Of a DNA stretch of 64,000 nucleotides, positions 42,334 through 53,903 are shown one piece after another. The DNA is taken from contig CM120640.1 in the NCBI GenBank assembly GCA_051362555.1, positions 10,540,001-10,604,000 on the forward strand, in the 5' to 3' direction. The position numbers and the translations under genes were made by a program. Numbering within the stretch: the stretch's first letter is position 1; the number at the start of each line of letters is the position of its first letter. A model generated the notes under the pieces. That model made no database searches, was not told the DNA's origin, and saw only the letters and a program-made list of their open reading frames with translations. This DNA comes from Lingula anatina. Its lineage: Eukaryota > Animalia > Brachiopoda.

Positions 42334-45300
42334 AGGCTTACCTACTGAAACGTTACCCTCCACGTCAGCAGGACTACCGGCAACGATTCTCGCAATATAT
42401 GCGTAAAGTATTCCATTCTCACTTATCTTGCCGCCGACAACTCGCACGCCGAAACCAAAGTCTGAAATAAGAGAACACCACAACAATTCAAAAATTAATT
42501 TGTTGTCAGATGTACTCATTATTATGACATTTTTTTACTTTTCTACTTATATATACATATTAAACAGGCTCTAAATTAAAAAAGTTTCGCTTTTCAATTA
42601 AATTTAGAGTTGTAATGTATTCTAAAGGAGGCAATAAGCAAAACACCCCTTTCTTTTTACAAATTAAGCGTCAGAAATTCCCCTATAATGAATGAAATGT
42701 ACACAAATTCGTGTCCAATGTCTCACTGATAAAAAAATGTGTATGGAACAGCACGAGGAACAGAAAATGTAACTTTATTATACGACTTATTTTTAATACT
42801 TACTGCTGCAAATGGCCTCTTCACTGGATCTTTGCAAGGTTACTTGCAAAACCTCTCCCATCAAAGAAACATCTAGCAAAATAAAGAGAAAAATTCCTTT
42901 TAACCATATGTTAAGCCGAAAACAATTGAAATATATTTGTACGACTTGCAAGTGAGAAATATGCACTAAGATGAAATGAAAAAATGCATTCTAACCATTT
43001 TTAATGTGATACACTGAAAAGGTAATGGACATGAGAAAAAAGTTTGTATAGTTTGGCCGTTAGAAGAACAACAACACATTTACCAATATTTGGAATAATG
43101 TTCAGAGTAGGGAGCTGGCGCCGCCCCCTTTCGCCTTCCTTGGCGCCATGTGGTACCTCTCTACTGAATGGAGCGACTTTGGCCATTGTCCTCGGGTGGC
43201 TTAAAGAGGCTTGAGTTGTCGACTCTGTTGATCTGCTTTCCTGTCGTCCAGACGAGTGTCTAATGGAGTTTCTAACATCAACGTGAAAGCTGGACATTTT
43301 ACTGAAAACGTCGCCATCCACTTCAGCGGTGATGGGAGATTGGAGATGAAGAAGAAGCGCCTGCCTCTGGCCCCCATTGTTACGCACTTCTCCAACATCA
43401 TTTCTCACTGAATCTCTGTGATTGGATTCGATACCCCTAAATTCTTCATCTTCGTCTGATGCCACCCCAAGTAAGCGACGCCTGTGCTTTACACCAGCCT
43501 CGGTATTATGCTTCTCGCCTATGCGTAAATTATGCCTTGCCTTGTTCCATTCATTAAAAATCAATTCACCGTTTGCGATAGACGACACCCGCTTCCTAGG
43601 TAGGACGTGGCTTTGGGTGTGCCCAGTTTCTGAATCTGAACTAGGTCTGACATTAGCTTCTAACTTCTTCCTCACATTGTCCAGCACATTTATGGTAAAT
43701 TCTCCATTGGCATGACTTCCTTCTTTTTTCCTAAATCTGCAGTTTTGTTCAAGTGTGTCGGAATCGGAGTTATCGCTGGGTTCAAAATGTGTTCTGATTT
43801 TGCTACGTGCATCATTGTTTAGCCTGCCATACGAGTCAAGCGTCATGCGTCTTCTCGTACGTAGTCGATCACGATCTTGCCCGGTGTCTGAGTCTGAATA
43901 GGATTCTGTAGGTGCTACAACTGCCGTCCTGTTACTTTGACGCTGCAGTCGACGGCGGCGGTCACGGGACTCTCCGTCGTTGGGAGTGCTGCGCCGACGA
44001 TGTTGTTCATTGGGCGTTTGGTTGCATGTATGCATTTCGGAATCTGTGACTGCAGACTCGTTGTTTCTGCCCCGACGACACACAGAGGAGTCGGAATCCA
44101 TTTGGGAATCCTGAACGAAATGATTGCAAGAGTGAGCCGTAATAGTAACCTTTGAACAAACGCCTGGTGTCTTATTACGTTGGCTAACATATAACATAAG
44201 GCTTTTAAATCTGTGGCAAAATTATTAGATTTGCCTCATCTATCAGGCTAATAGCATTTCCAAAGGGAAACTCACCCCATCCGTTACAGATAAACACCAT
44301 TCTCGCTGGAGTTTCCCAAAGAAGGCACCAGCCGGCTTATTACCAATTGTCTCTGGTCCATGGTACCATAGTCCCGTCTTGCACATCACTTCCCATTTGA
44401 TAGAGCATAGATTACAAACCCAGCGACCTTTGGTAAACTAGAAAGCACAAATGTCAATATCCTTAAACTTGTCAGATGACAATATGAAATTGGAAACGTT
44501 GATCACCACTGCGTTATTAAAAACGTTTACGATTTCAGTTTATCACGTTGAAAGGCAATATATGTTGAAGGATGAAAGCGGTTCTCATGAAAGATATCTG
44601 TGGCATATATCAATCCAGACATACATACTCATTTCTTCTTCGTTCCAAAATACATAAATCCGCAAATGATGTCGTATTAAGTAAAAAAAAATGTCAGCAT
44701 GCAATTTATCTTATTGATCAGTGACAGTAATTGCAAGAACTTTTCAAAAACTGTATGTACCAAAATTTATTATACCTTATGTTTTTTTGTGTTCCAGGTC
44801 GGTTTCAGGTATTGTCGACATTTGCTGCATACACGCTTTTGGCAATGCTGGCAAATTCGGCCTATGCCATCGGCAAACTTTGTCTTGTAGCACAGTTTGC
44901 AAAGTCGCATGTCTAGAGCTTTAGACCCGCTTTTGCTAGCCGCTAATTCTTTCACACTTTTTTCGAATGCCTCTAGCTCTGACATTAATTTCCTATACAA
45001 AAATTAAAATAAAACTTAAATATTTTTAAAATTAGTTAATGTCATCCACGTCAAAATGCATATTTTGATTAATCTTGGAATGAACGTTTCATTCCTGTCC
45101 AAAATACATAGAACAATATTTGTTTTGGTGATTCCAAAATATTTTAGGTAAAAAAAAGATTGATTCACTTCCAGCTGTACCAAAAATTTTTCTTTAATTT
45201 ATCAATTAATTAATTAATTTACTTATTTGAAATAGTGAATAACAAACCACATGCGACCACGTTGCACGGCCCTTTTTTAACTGGTAGTGTTAGACAAATG

Positions 45301-47438
45301 TAATTTTGATTTAAAAATTTTAAGCTGACAACAATTAATTCCAAAATGATCACAATAATGAGAGCTAACGTGTTCGCTACTGTGAGTCCTAAATCAAAGA
45401 GAGAGAGAGAGGAGATCAGTTTCATTGATCTCTCTTACATTGACTTTAAACTAGAAATGTGTGGGGGATGTCGATTACCGCAAAGCACATAAAAGCGCGC
45501 TGTAGTGACAGAAAATATCTGACTCAGCATTTTACAGTATCAAAATTTGCCTTGCACGCAGAGCACATTAAGCTTAATGATCCGCAACCAGAGTTTTTGA
45601 AATAGCTCACTGAACGATCACCATTCACGTAATTCAGTATCCTAATGATTAAAACGCCTTTGTGAGTAGAACGTTATCTAGATTTTTAAATGTCAATTGT
45701 TTATTTATATTCGTGGTAAGGTACATTATATTTAGACTATTGTCTTCAGCCATCCGTCAGGTAGGCTACAGACTACGTTTGGATTTTTAATGCTTCACCG
45801 TCATTCATTCATATTTCAAATCTAAATGGCTTTGCTTGTCGGTAGGGTGTATACGAGACACACGATGTTCTCGATGTTTAACCGTCATCGGCCCACACAA
45901 CAAAAATAATCGATCAACAATTACTGCCCTCTCTCATCTCAAGTTTAGCCATGCTAAATGATCGTAAAATAAATCGACTGAAATAGTAATTTAGGCTTGC
46001 TTTGAGGTGGTTGCGAACTGAAAACCATTACTCCCACTGCATGGATCCGATGGATAATACTACCCTCTTCAATTGCTATCTTCTTGAAAGGATGTCTAAC
46101 TTATCTCGACACTGAACTTTATACTGTATCTGTTGATGGAGACAATTTTTGTCGAGAACGAACCTGAGCTGTTTTCCAGGAAAGTTCAATACACGGAAGC
46201 ATGGCAACAGTCTCTTTTAAATTACACGTCAATTATCAATTTATTCATATGAAAGATACCGGTTTCTTGTTCTCGTCGTAATCGTTAATGTGAGCTAGTG
46301 ATGATTTAAAGGGCAATTAGTGGATGATAAGTCTTGAAACTGGCATCAACCTAAGCGTAAACAAGGGGGTTGAACTCCAAAGAATCAGGTACGTTGAGTT
46401 AGTTGACAACTCTGTCATTTTGTCTCTTTCACGCAACGTGCACTAAAAATAATATGTGATTCATGTGAACTGCATATCTTGGCTTTCTTCGTCCTAAATG
46501 TGCCCATGAAATATGACACAGATGTTGAGCTTTTTCATGCACAGGTTTGGTGAGCCTTACGATGCACACTGAAATCATTGTTATATTCCATGGCATATTT
46601 GGGACGCGGAAAGCCAAGATATGTAGTTCACATATTATTTTAAGTGTACTGTGTGTGAAAGAGAGAAAATGTCAGGGTTATCAATGAAATTAACGTACCT
46701 CTGCCTTAGAAGTTCAAACTCCTTGGTACACAGGTGCTCTAGAGAAACCAAAACTGAGAGGCACCAAGAACCTATTGGTACCCCTGTCAGATTCCATTAT
46801 ACAACTAACTTGCTTCACTCAGTAGATATTTTACAGGATACAATCCTGACTTCATTTAAAAAACCTTTAATTATACAATCCTGACTTCATTTAAAAAACC
46901 TTTAATTATAATTAAAGGTTTTTTAAACGAAGTCAGGATTGTATCCTGTAAAATACGATTACTACTGCTGGAATATATTTTAATGGGAACCGTTCATGCA
47001 TTGGTAAGTTAGAAATGATGCTACTGATTACTACCTGCATACAGGAGAAAAAAACAGCATATACCTATATTTAACTATATCAAAAATGTATATATTATAA
47101 ATAAATGTGTTCCAAATAAATATTAAATTCAATTTTTCATTACGAATTAGTTACGATTTGACAGATAATATTCTTTAGTTGATTATGTAAGTGATATATA
47201 GAATAATAATAAAGTGATATTTTATGGGTTTCGGGACACTTTGTATTCTTTTTCATTTTTCCACATACTTGATATTTTTTTGCTCTAGTTTCTCCATTTC
47301 TTCTTGCCTTCTGAACACTTCTGTGAGCTTCTCCATTTCATCACGGTTGAGGTGGCTGAGAGCTGGTGACGGCGGAGCCCCTGGTATTCTGGCCACTTCC
47401 TCAGGCTGCTCAGGCACCGTGCTGCCCTTTTTAACTAC
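32855..47438 (-). CDS. RIM/Piccolo-family presynaptic active-zone protein (Fife-like): Rab-binding helix, Zn finger, PDZ, C2A, C2B; start codon unresolved
   Basis: Exons (minus): 47438-47269 (PALSHLNRDEMEKLTEVFRRQEE), 44992-44776 (CKLCYKTKFADGIGRICQHC..C..C), 44437-44276 (WVCNLC...TGLWYH), 44110-43084, 42872-42804, 42461-42342 and 42187-42061 (PDZ, GFGVRVVGGK, GDAVLEWN), 41714-41647, 41310-41210, 39946-39765, 39330-39237, 38953-38759 (C2A, PNPYVKV, LEFTLWDY), 38492-38396, 38101-38018, 37516-37439, 36118-36017, 35315-~35240, ~34925-34845 (junction uncertain), 34561-34479 (GLGPGQV), 33815-33705, 33498-33356 (DTYVKTYL), 33031-32855 (C2B, stop). Confidence 0.85.
39533..39747. mobile_element. Tourist/PIF-like MITE
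   Basis: TIRs GAC..CATTCCCA.AGATTT(T)AGGTCGATCCATC, with TAA target-site duplication at 39530-39532 and 39748-39750. Confidence 0.8.
42294..42328. repeat. (GA)n microsatellite
   Basis: Dinucleotide run next to a splice donor of the RIM/Fife-like gene. Confidence 0.95.
46827..46955. repeat. Loop-less palindrome with a 35-bp tandem duplication in one arm
   Basis: TATTTTACAGGATACAATCCTGACTTC...AATTATAATT...GAAGTCAGGATTGTATCCTGTAAAATA. ATACAATCCTGACTTCATTTAAAAAACCTTTAATT occurs at 46838 and 46873. Confidence 0.85.
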
Positions 47439-47507
47439 CTACACATACAATGGTATATGCCTGTGTAGTATACCTAAAGATGCTGTTCATTTATTTTTAG
47501 CGATAAC

Positions 47508-47674
47508 CAGGGGCGGGTCCAGAGCTATTTACTGACAGTCTTCCAAATATCTTTGTTGATTCATCCTCCAATTTTGACCGTCTTCCAACAGAAAAAATTA
47601 GATACCCGTCAATGTAAACTTGAAAATCTGACCGTCTTCCGGAAGACCCAGAAGACGGCTTGAATCCGCCCCTG
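47508..47674. mobile_element. Short non-autonomous hAT-like element with 5-bp TSD
   Basis: TIRs CAGGGGCGG / CCGCCCCTG, ATAAC duplicated on both sides, internal TGACCGTCTTCC subterminal repeats. Confidence 0.75.
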
Positions 47675-48506
47675 ATAACAATGATATTTGCAACTAAAGG
47701 AAGCTGGATGGTACAATACCTTACTTAAACTTATACATTTTATTTAAGCATTAAAAATTTAATGACATTAAATGGCAATTAACCAAATATCTTAAAATGC
47801 TCAAAAACCTACAGAACATACATTGATTCAGTGGGTTGCTTTCAAAGATAATTTTAAGCCCCTCTTTTCCCAACGGATTACAATTATCGACTCAAAACCA
47901 CCCCGCCTCCATCCCCGCCTTCGTGTACCTTGCGCAACAATCCCTGAAACATGTCGATCTTTTTAAACTGCAAATATTCCACTCGCTCTCCTTCAAACTG
48001 AAATAGGTCAGGATAATAAGTGAGACTCTTTTACATATATAAAAATTCACATTTGATCATGGTGGTATATTATAAGTTTATACATACATGGTGTGAAGAA
48101 TACTCTTTGCTATCCCGTAAACAATTAGTCAGTGCGAATAATGAAAATAAGGCAAATGGCAAGATATTGTGTCATTCTATTCCATTTCGTCCTCAAGCAG
48201 GTGTGGCATTTTGTGCCCCAGTGAGGATGTCTTTGTGGTCAGAAGAATACAGAGACTATATTCAAAATCCGTCGCTTCGATTCACAGTACTAAAAAAACT
48301 ATTTGCGTAACTTTATTGAGATATGATGAAAAACGAATAAGTTGCCGTCCACTTGTATTTCAGTTACATTTCTAAACTGATATGCTTCTAAGTATTCACG
48401 AACAAGCACACACACACACGCACCTGCCAGACAAACACAACATAAACACTAATTCTTTTACCAAGCGACGGACTACAATAAGCCTAATGTCTCGGTATTC
48501 ATTTAC

Positions 48507-48709
48507 CTTGATGATTTGATCTGTATCCTCTGGGCTTAATTGTGCGCAAGAAATCAACCGTAACGACACCGCGGTTATCACGTTGACTCACAGATATCTT
48601 TGCACAGACTTAAAACAATCTCAGCCACTTGCGGTCGCTGGCAGCCTCATCTCAGTGCCATTTTCAAAGAGACTGTTGTGTTTGTATGCCAACACGACGC
48701 GTTTTTATA
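48507..48709 (-). promoter_or_regulatory. Putative TATA/Inr promoter and first exon of the RIM/Fife-like gene
   Basis: Minus-strand TATAAAAA at 48709-48702, Inr-like ACAGTC ~30 bp downstream, and a donor AAG|GTAAAT at 48506 in phase with the exon starting at 47438. Confidence 0.45.
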
Positions 48710-50220
48710 ATGTGGGCTCAGAGACTGCGGAAACTAAATGCGGGGTGTTAATGAGTGAGCCTGAAACATTTTAATGTAGAGTTAGGTGTTAAAGCTGTTG
48801 GGTTTGGTTGCTTGTCAGGCAACCCACTTGAAACTAGTAAAATGCAATTTATTTCTACACTTTGATCTTTATAGATTGTTAAGAGCGCGACAAATTAAAA
48901 GGTCCCTAATATATTTTCCTTCTGTTATATACATAAAGCTCAAGCATTACGTAGTGGCAATACTAAGCTGCGATATCAAGTTGTTATAAACATAACATTG
49001 CTGACATTACAATCAAATTATTCATCTTTCGTGCTATCTTACACTTTTGGCGAGTTACAAACTGCAGTGATTTTACGAACAATCTACTCTGTATATGTTG
49101 CTACCCAATATTGTGAATACTATACCTCTTAAGCTTGTTTATTTTCATTATCATAATATTAAACTTTTAATTTTAATATCAACTCCTGTGTTTGCTATAT
49201 ATACATATATATTTAATGAAAAAGAAGTCATTCAGTACACTGACAAAAAGCAGGCTCGACCCGACAGTTTTTTTTTTTTTTTTTTTTTTTAGTAAAGCGG
49301 GTATCTACAACAAAATAGCTAGGAATAATAAGAGACCTCAACGAGATACACGTATACACATTTGATATGTCATGGCTTTATCTGTGCCACGTTACTGTAT
49401 TCACGGAAACCGAGAGAAAATATAAACTGCCGGTTGAAACTATATAAATCTACCTGTATTGTTCCGAACACCTAATTTTCTTCCATCAGCTATTTACGAT
49501 ACCTGTCCTAAAAATCAACAGGTAATGGAAATATACAGCGTCAACTGATCCTTATCGTAAGTCAAATCGTGACGTGTAATACAAGTCGATTAATGAGCAT
49601 GGCTGGGAATGTCGCATTGTATAGTTGATAGGATCTGCTAAATTTTGCCTCGATAGATTGATCTAACTGAACATCACAGAATAGAATCATGCTGGACAAG
49701 AAAATGAAGTGAGACCAGATAGGATGTTTTGGGATTTTGCCATCTATCTTCATCTTTTTTAAAAACTCATTTGATATATGCCCTGATGTTTTTATTCGCT
49801 ACTTGAACTCATGGAACAAGTTTTGTTACAGTGCAGTGTACATTGTGTGCTACGCTTGCCAAAATTATATGTGTACATGTATGTGTGTATTTACAGTGAA
49901 TGCACTGTCGCATTTCCAATGAATGTGTTAGAGAAGCCTACTTAGGTTGGACTTTTGACGGTTTGGAATGAAATCAAAGTTGCGATTTGAATATCAAGTT
50001 ACAGGAAAATCTTTACCCCATGTTAACTAGCAAATCATTAAGATGGAGGTATCCGCATGCTTTTTTTTTCACTAGCTTTTTATAATAATTTCAGTGTGTT
50101 TGATATTATAATGAAGAACTGTTATGTATGAACACACTGCTCGATGTCATGAACATTTTCATAAGTTCTAGTGGGTGACTTAAAATGTTGGTGTATGTGA
50201 AAACAGTTGAAATACTAAGG

Positions 50221-50454
50221 GAGCATTCACATCGAGAAGAGCCGACGTCAAGCAAGGCCGAGACCTAAATATGGCGGTCCTACATGAAGGGAAAACCGCG
50301 TAATCCTTTAACAGTCTCTCAATGACATTCCTAAGTCTCTCGATGAATGTCATTGAGAGACTATTAAAGGATTACGCGGTTTTCCTTTCATGTAGGTCCA
50401 CCATATTTAGGTCTCGGCCTTGCTAGACCTCGGCTCTTCTCGATGTGAATGCTC
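50221..50454. mobile_element. Near-perfect foldback palindrome (MITE-like) just upstream of LRR gene 1
   Basis: ~110-bp inverted arms (GAGCATTCACATCGAGAAGAGCCGA... / ...TCGGCTCTTCTCGATGTGAATGCTC) with a 14-nt loop. Confidence 0.85.
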
Positions 50455-50568
50455 TTCAAGTGTCTATTTTAAGCAGAATCGTGCTGCACAAATATTCTCT
50501 ATCTTAACGTAAATTCAACATTCAGATAACCTAATTTTATAACTGTTCTGACGGAACATTTTAGAACC

Positions 50569-52547
50569 ATGGACAGAACTGTCCTGTTGCTCGTTCCGAT
50601 TTTGATATTTTGCCTATTGTATTATGTTGCGGCACAATTTACAACGCCTTGGTTGCCGGTATGCCCGCCTAAATGCTATTGTTATGGACAAGCAGCCTTG
50701 AATACAGCCACAGTGAATTGTTCTCGCACGCGAGAGGGACCTTTTCCTGTGAATGAAATACCGGAGGACACAGACTATCTTGATCTTTCCCTAAATAACA
50801 TGGGTGGTATACCAAATGGAGCTTTCGATGGTCTTAATCTCAAGGTAAACCAATCTCTCTAAAAATCATACTTTTCTTCAAATCAACCATGTCCAAAATT
50901 GTGTTGTTTTCAAGATAAACCTATAATGTATATTACTGGGATAATTTCCAGTGATTTTTTGTAATTATATTATTTAGGGTGTTTGGCTCCAGAGCAATAA
51001 GTTGTCGGGCTCAAATGTACCGCCAGATGTGTTTAAACCGCTTACTGCGATAGAGACTGTTGATTTGTCTTTCAACGAATTCACAGCCATTCCACGCATA
51101 CTTCCATCAAGGTTGACACGCCTACTTGTTCAAAGAAACAAGGTAAATAATGCAATTAAGTTCTATTGTTATACAGTTAATTTATGTGTGATTTAATAGA
51201 AAGGTCCCACACATTTCTTATGCAACGTTAAATAGGTTCTATAGGGGGTACTATACGTATGTTTTTTTTTATTATTATTATAACAGCCACATACATGTAG
51301 GCGAGCCACTAAAAGTGCATTTCAAACCCTCCTAAAAACGTAGCGTGTTGCGTTCAAATTATATAATTTTCTTGTCTTGTGATTTTTTATGAATTGCACG
51401 ATTGATAAACATTTTATTCTTTACATAACAAATAAGAGAAAAACTCGACCAACACTGATATTGGTATATCAGTGTTAATTTCTGATTAACAGGTTGACCG
51501 AGTGTTGTTAGAGGACCTCCAAGGATACCCAGATTTGACTTTCTTGGAGATGTCCATTAATAACATTTCATATTTGCCTCTCGGGCTGTTTAACTATTCA
51601 TCATTCTTCGTCGATTTGAGAATATCTTACAACCCCCTCAATGACACTGGAATTCCACCAGGTGTGTTTGAAGGATTAAGAAGACTTCAATTTTTGGACC
51701 TTAGATCCGGTTCCCTAACTAGTATTCCAAGGGGTTTACCGCAGTCGATAACAAACCTCGATCTCGGCTATAACTCTATACGCCGCCTTTTTGCACGGGA
51801 ATTCCGTAATCTTCCAAAACTTGTGAATCTGCTATTGAACTCGAACCAGATAGAACTGATAGACCCTGGGACCTTTGACGGAATGGACAGTCTTCTACGG
51901 CTTAACCTGATAAACAACAAACTAAATATACTACAAGAAGGTGTGTTTTCTGGTTTGAAGAATCTTAGGGATTTGGATTTGTCAAGCAACCGCATCATAT
52001 CTATGGCAGATAATGTATTTGGTCCTTTAATTAGTGTTAACACTATCGATCTGGTTCACAACCAACTACAATCACTGCAATACAAGGTAAGAGGTAGCTT
52101 CAAGTTAAGCTTCGTATCCATATGTAAAGCCATATCTCTCTGTAGTGTGGTTATCATTGTAGTTATATAATATATGTAAGATCTTAAGAAATAATGCAGT
52201 AATTCCTTGCTACAGACAGCCTCTTATTAAAACATCAAAATTCTTAACATCTTGTAGTCATTGCATTAAACCATATATTAGAAATTTCCTGTATATTTGT
52301 ATTCAGTTGACGTTAAAACAAGATTCCTTTATTGTAGGTTTTGTATAACCCATCTCTGGCGAACTTAACAACCCTTTTTATTTACGACAACCCATGGAAT
52401 TGTGACTGCCACCTCAGATGGTTACGAGCTTTAATGGACATGCGACCCACGTTGGTTGGTTTAACTGAATTAGTGAAATGTTCCTTACCAATCAACCTAA
52501 ATGGTACTACATGGGACCTGTTATTTCCAGGAGACTTTTCGTGTTGA
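50569..52547 (+). CDS. Secreted leucine-rich repeat protein, array copy 1 (~414 aa; signal peptide, LRRNT, LRRs, LRRCT)
   Basis: Exons 50569-50844, 50978-51142, 51493-52086 and 52338-52547, all phase 0. Hydrophobic leader, CPPKCYC...C cap, LRRs, NPWNCDCHLRWL...C...DFSC-stop; no TM segment. Confidence 0.9.
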
Positions 52548-52615
52548 ATCAGCAAGAAGAATACTGCATTGTACATGTAATTAGTCACTGATACCAATAG
52601 CTTCCTGGGGTGACA

Positions 52616-52783
52616 GGTGTAACAGGAATGGAAGTCCGATAGGAACCGTAGTCCGTCTTCCATTACTTTGTACTGGTGACATTCGTCCCACATACTTATC
52701 CCAATGCGTCAACTAACCCTAACCTGTACTAATCATATGGGAGCCCGAACTTCCATCCCTAGGACTTCCATTCCTGTTACACC
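52616..52783. mobile_element. MITE-like element in the 3' region of LRR gene 1
   Basis: 22-bp TIRs GGTGTAACAGGAATGGAAGTCC / GGACTTCCATTCCTGTTACACC and an internal CTAACCCTAACC. Confidence 0.75.
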
Positions 52784-53179
52784 GTCAACATTGTAACTGG
52801 TTACCTAAAAGTATGGAGAGAAGTGTGTTACTTGTTGGCCCTAAGCTTATGAGTGATTAGTCTTACTGTCGTGGCTTTTACCAATGAGCTCTATATAGAT
52901 CATTGCTTTTACTGTGCTCATATGACCCAATGTTATGTAACGATCTGTTCCAACAGTTCCTGTTGTCACATTCTGCTTGAATGGCATAAGGGGCACCCAA
53001 AGATTTTAATACAGCTGCTGGACTCACTGGACATTCATACGGGGACAATCCACACATCAGAACTACACACCAGAACAGCATGTGCCTATATCCTCAGTGA
53101 ATCACAGCACAACGTACGTTTTATACAGCAAGCCCATTGGTCTTCAATTTTAATTACAACAAAAACAACACGTAGGCCT

Positions 53180-53236
53180 ACTACTACTACTTTAATTACT
53201 ACAACAGCAGGAAGTACTACTACTACTACTACTACT
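53180..53236. repeat. (ACT)n microsatellite, interrupted
   Basis: CTACTACTAC runs. Confidence 0.8.
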
Positions 53237-53903
53237 GCGTCTACTTCTCCTCATCCTACTTGTACTGTTTACAATGTTAGGTCCTTATTTGGGATATAAA
53301 CTTACGTTAAACAATATAATTTTTTACACATTTTATTTCGCATGCATTAAGTTATTATGGATATACCGGAAAGTAAGAACTGCACTCAACTGTTACCCTA
53401 TTATAATTTTCAGACTTCAATTCTAGATCAAATCAAGATTTTTTTCTGAACTAGGCTTTCTCTAATTTTTTAGAGATGCGTGTGTACAAATGCCTGCGAT
53501 GTTTCAAGCTGCTGTCCCTTAGAAAGAATAACTGTATTTTGATATATCCTTTTGACGTCAAAACACGTATTCTTCAATAAAATTCTACGAAATTGAAATT
53601 TAAAACATATTTCCTGTGTTATACGTACGGATTGTACAATATTACTCTGTTGTTTTTCACAATAGTCCAATTATGAATTTAAAACCTCCTGATAAAAAAA
53701 TTTCAATGGTGATGAGGCTTTTGTAAATCCTATCACAAAAATCAGTTACTTAATCGAATTTACTATTCAACCGTTAGAATTAACAGTGTAAAGGTCCATT
53801 ATGCCGATAAGGTCAAAGTCCAGTTTCATTGTGCCAAGATAACACAGATTGCCAGTCCACTAAAGCAGCACATATAGGTCGTCGTTACAAACATTCAGGC
53901 AAG

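Noticed and set aside
43201-44190. Overlapping ORFs on both strands of the large RIM/Fife-like exon
   Set aside because: Shadow frames of a relatively GC-rich coding exon with no independent signals.
52853-53299. Thr-rich ORF after LRR copy 1 as a mucin-like stalk exon
   Set aside because: The Thr run derives from an (ACT)n microsatellite, copy 1 already has a stop at 52547, and no paralogous segment follows the other copies.
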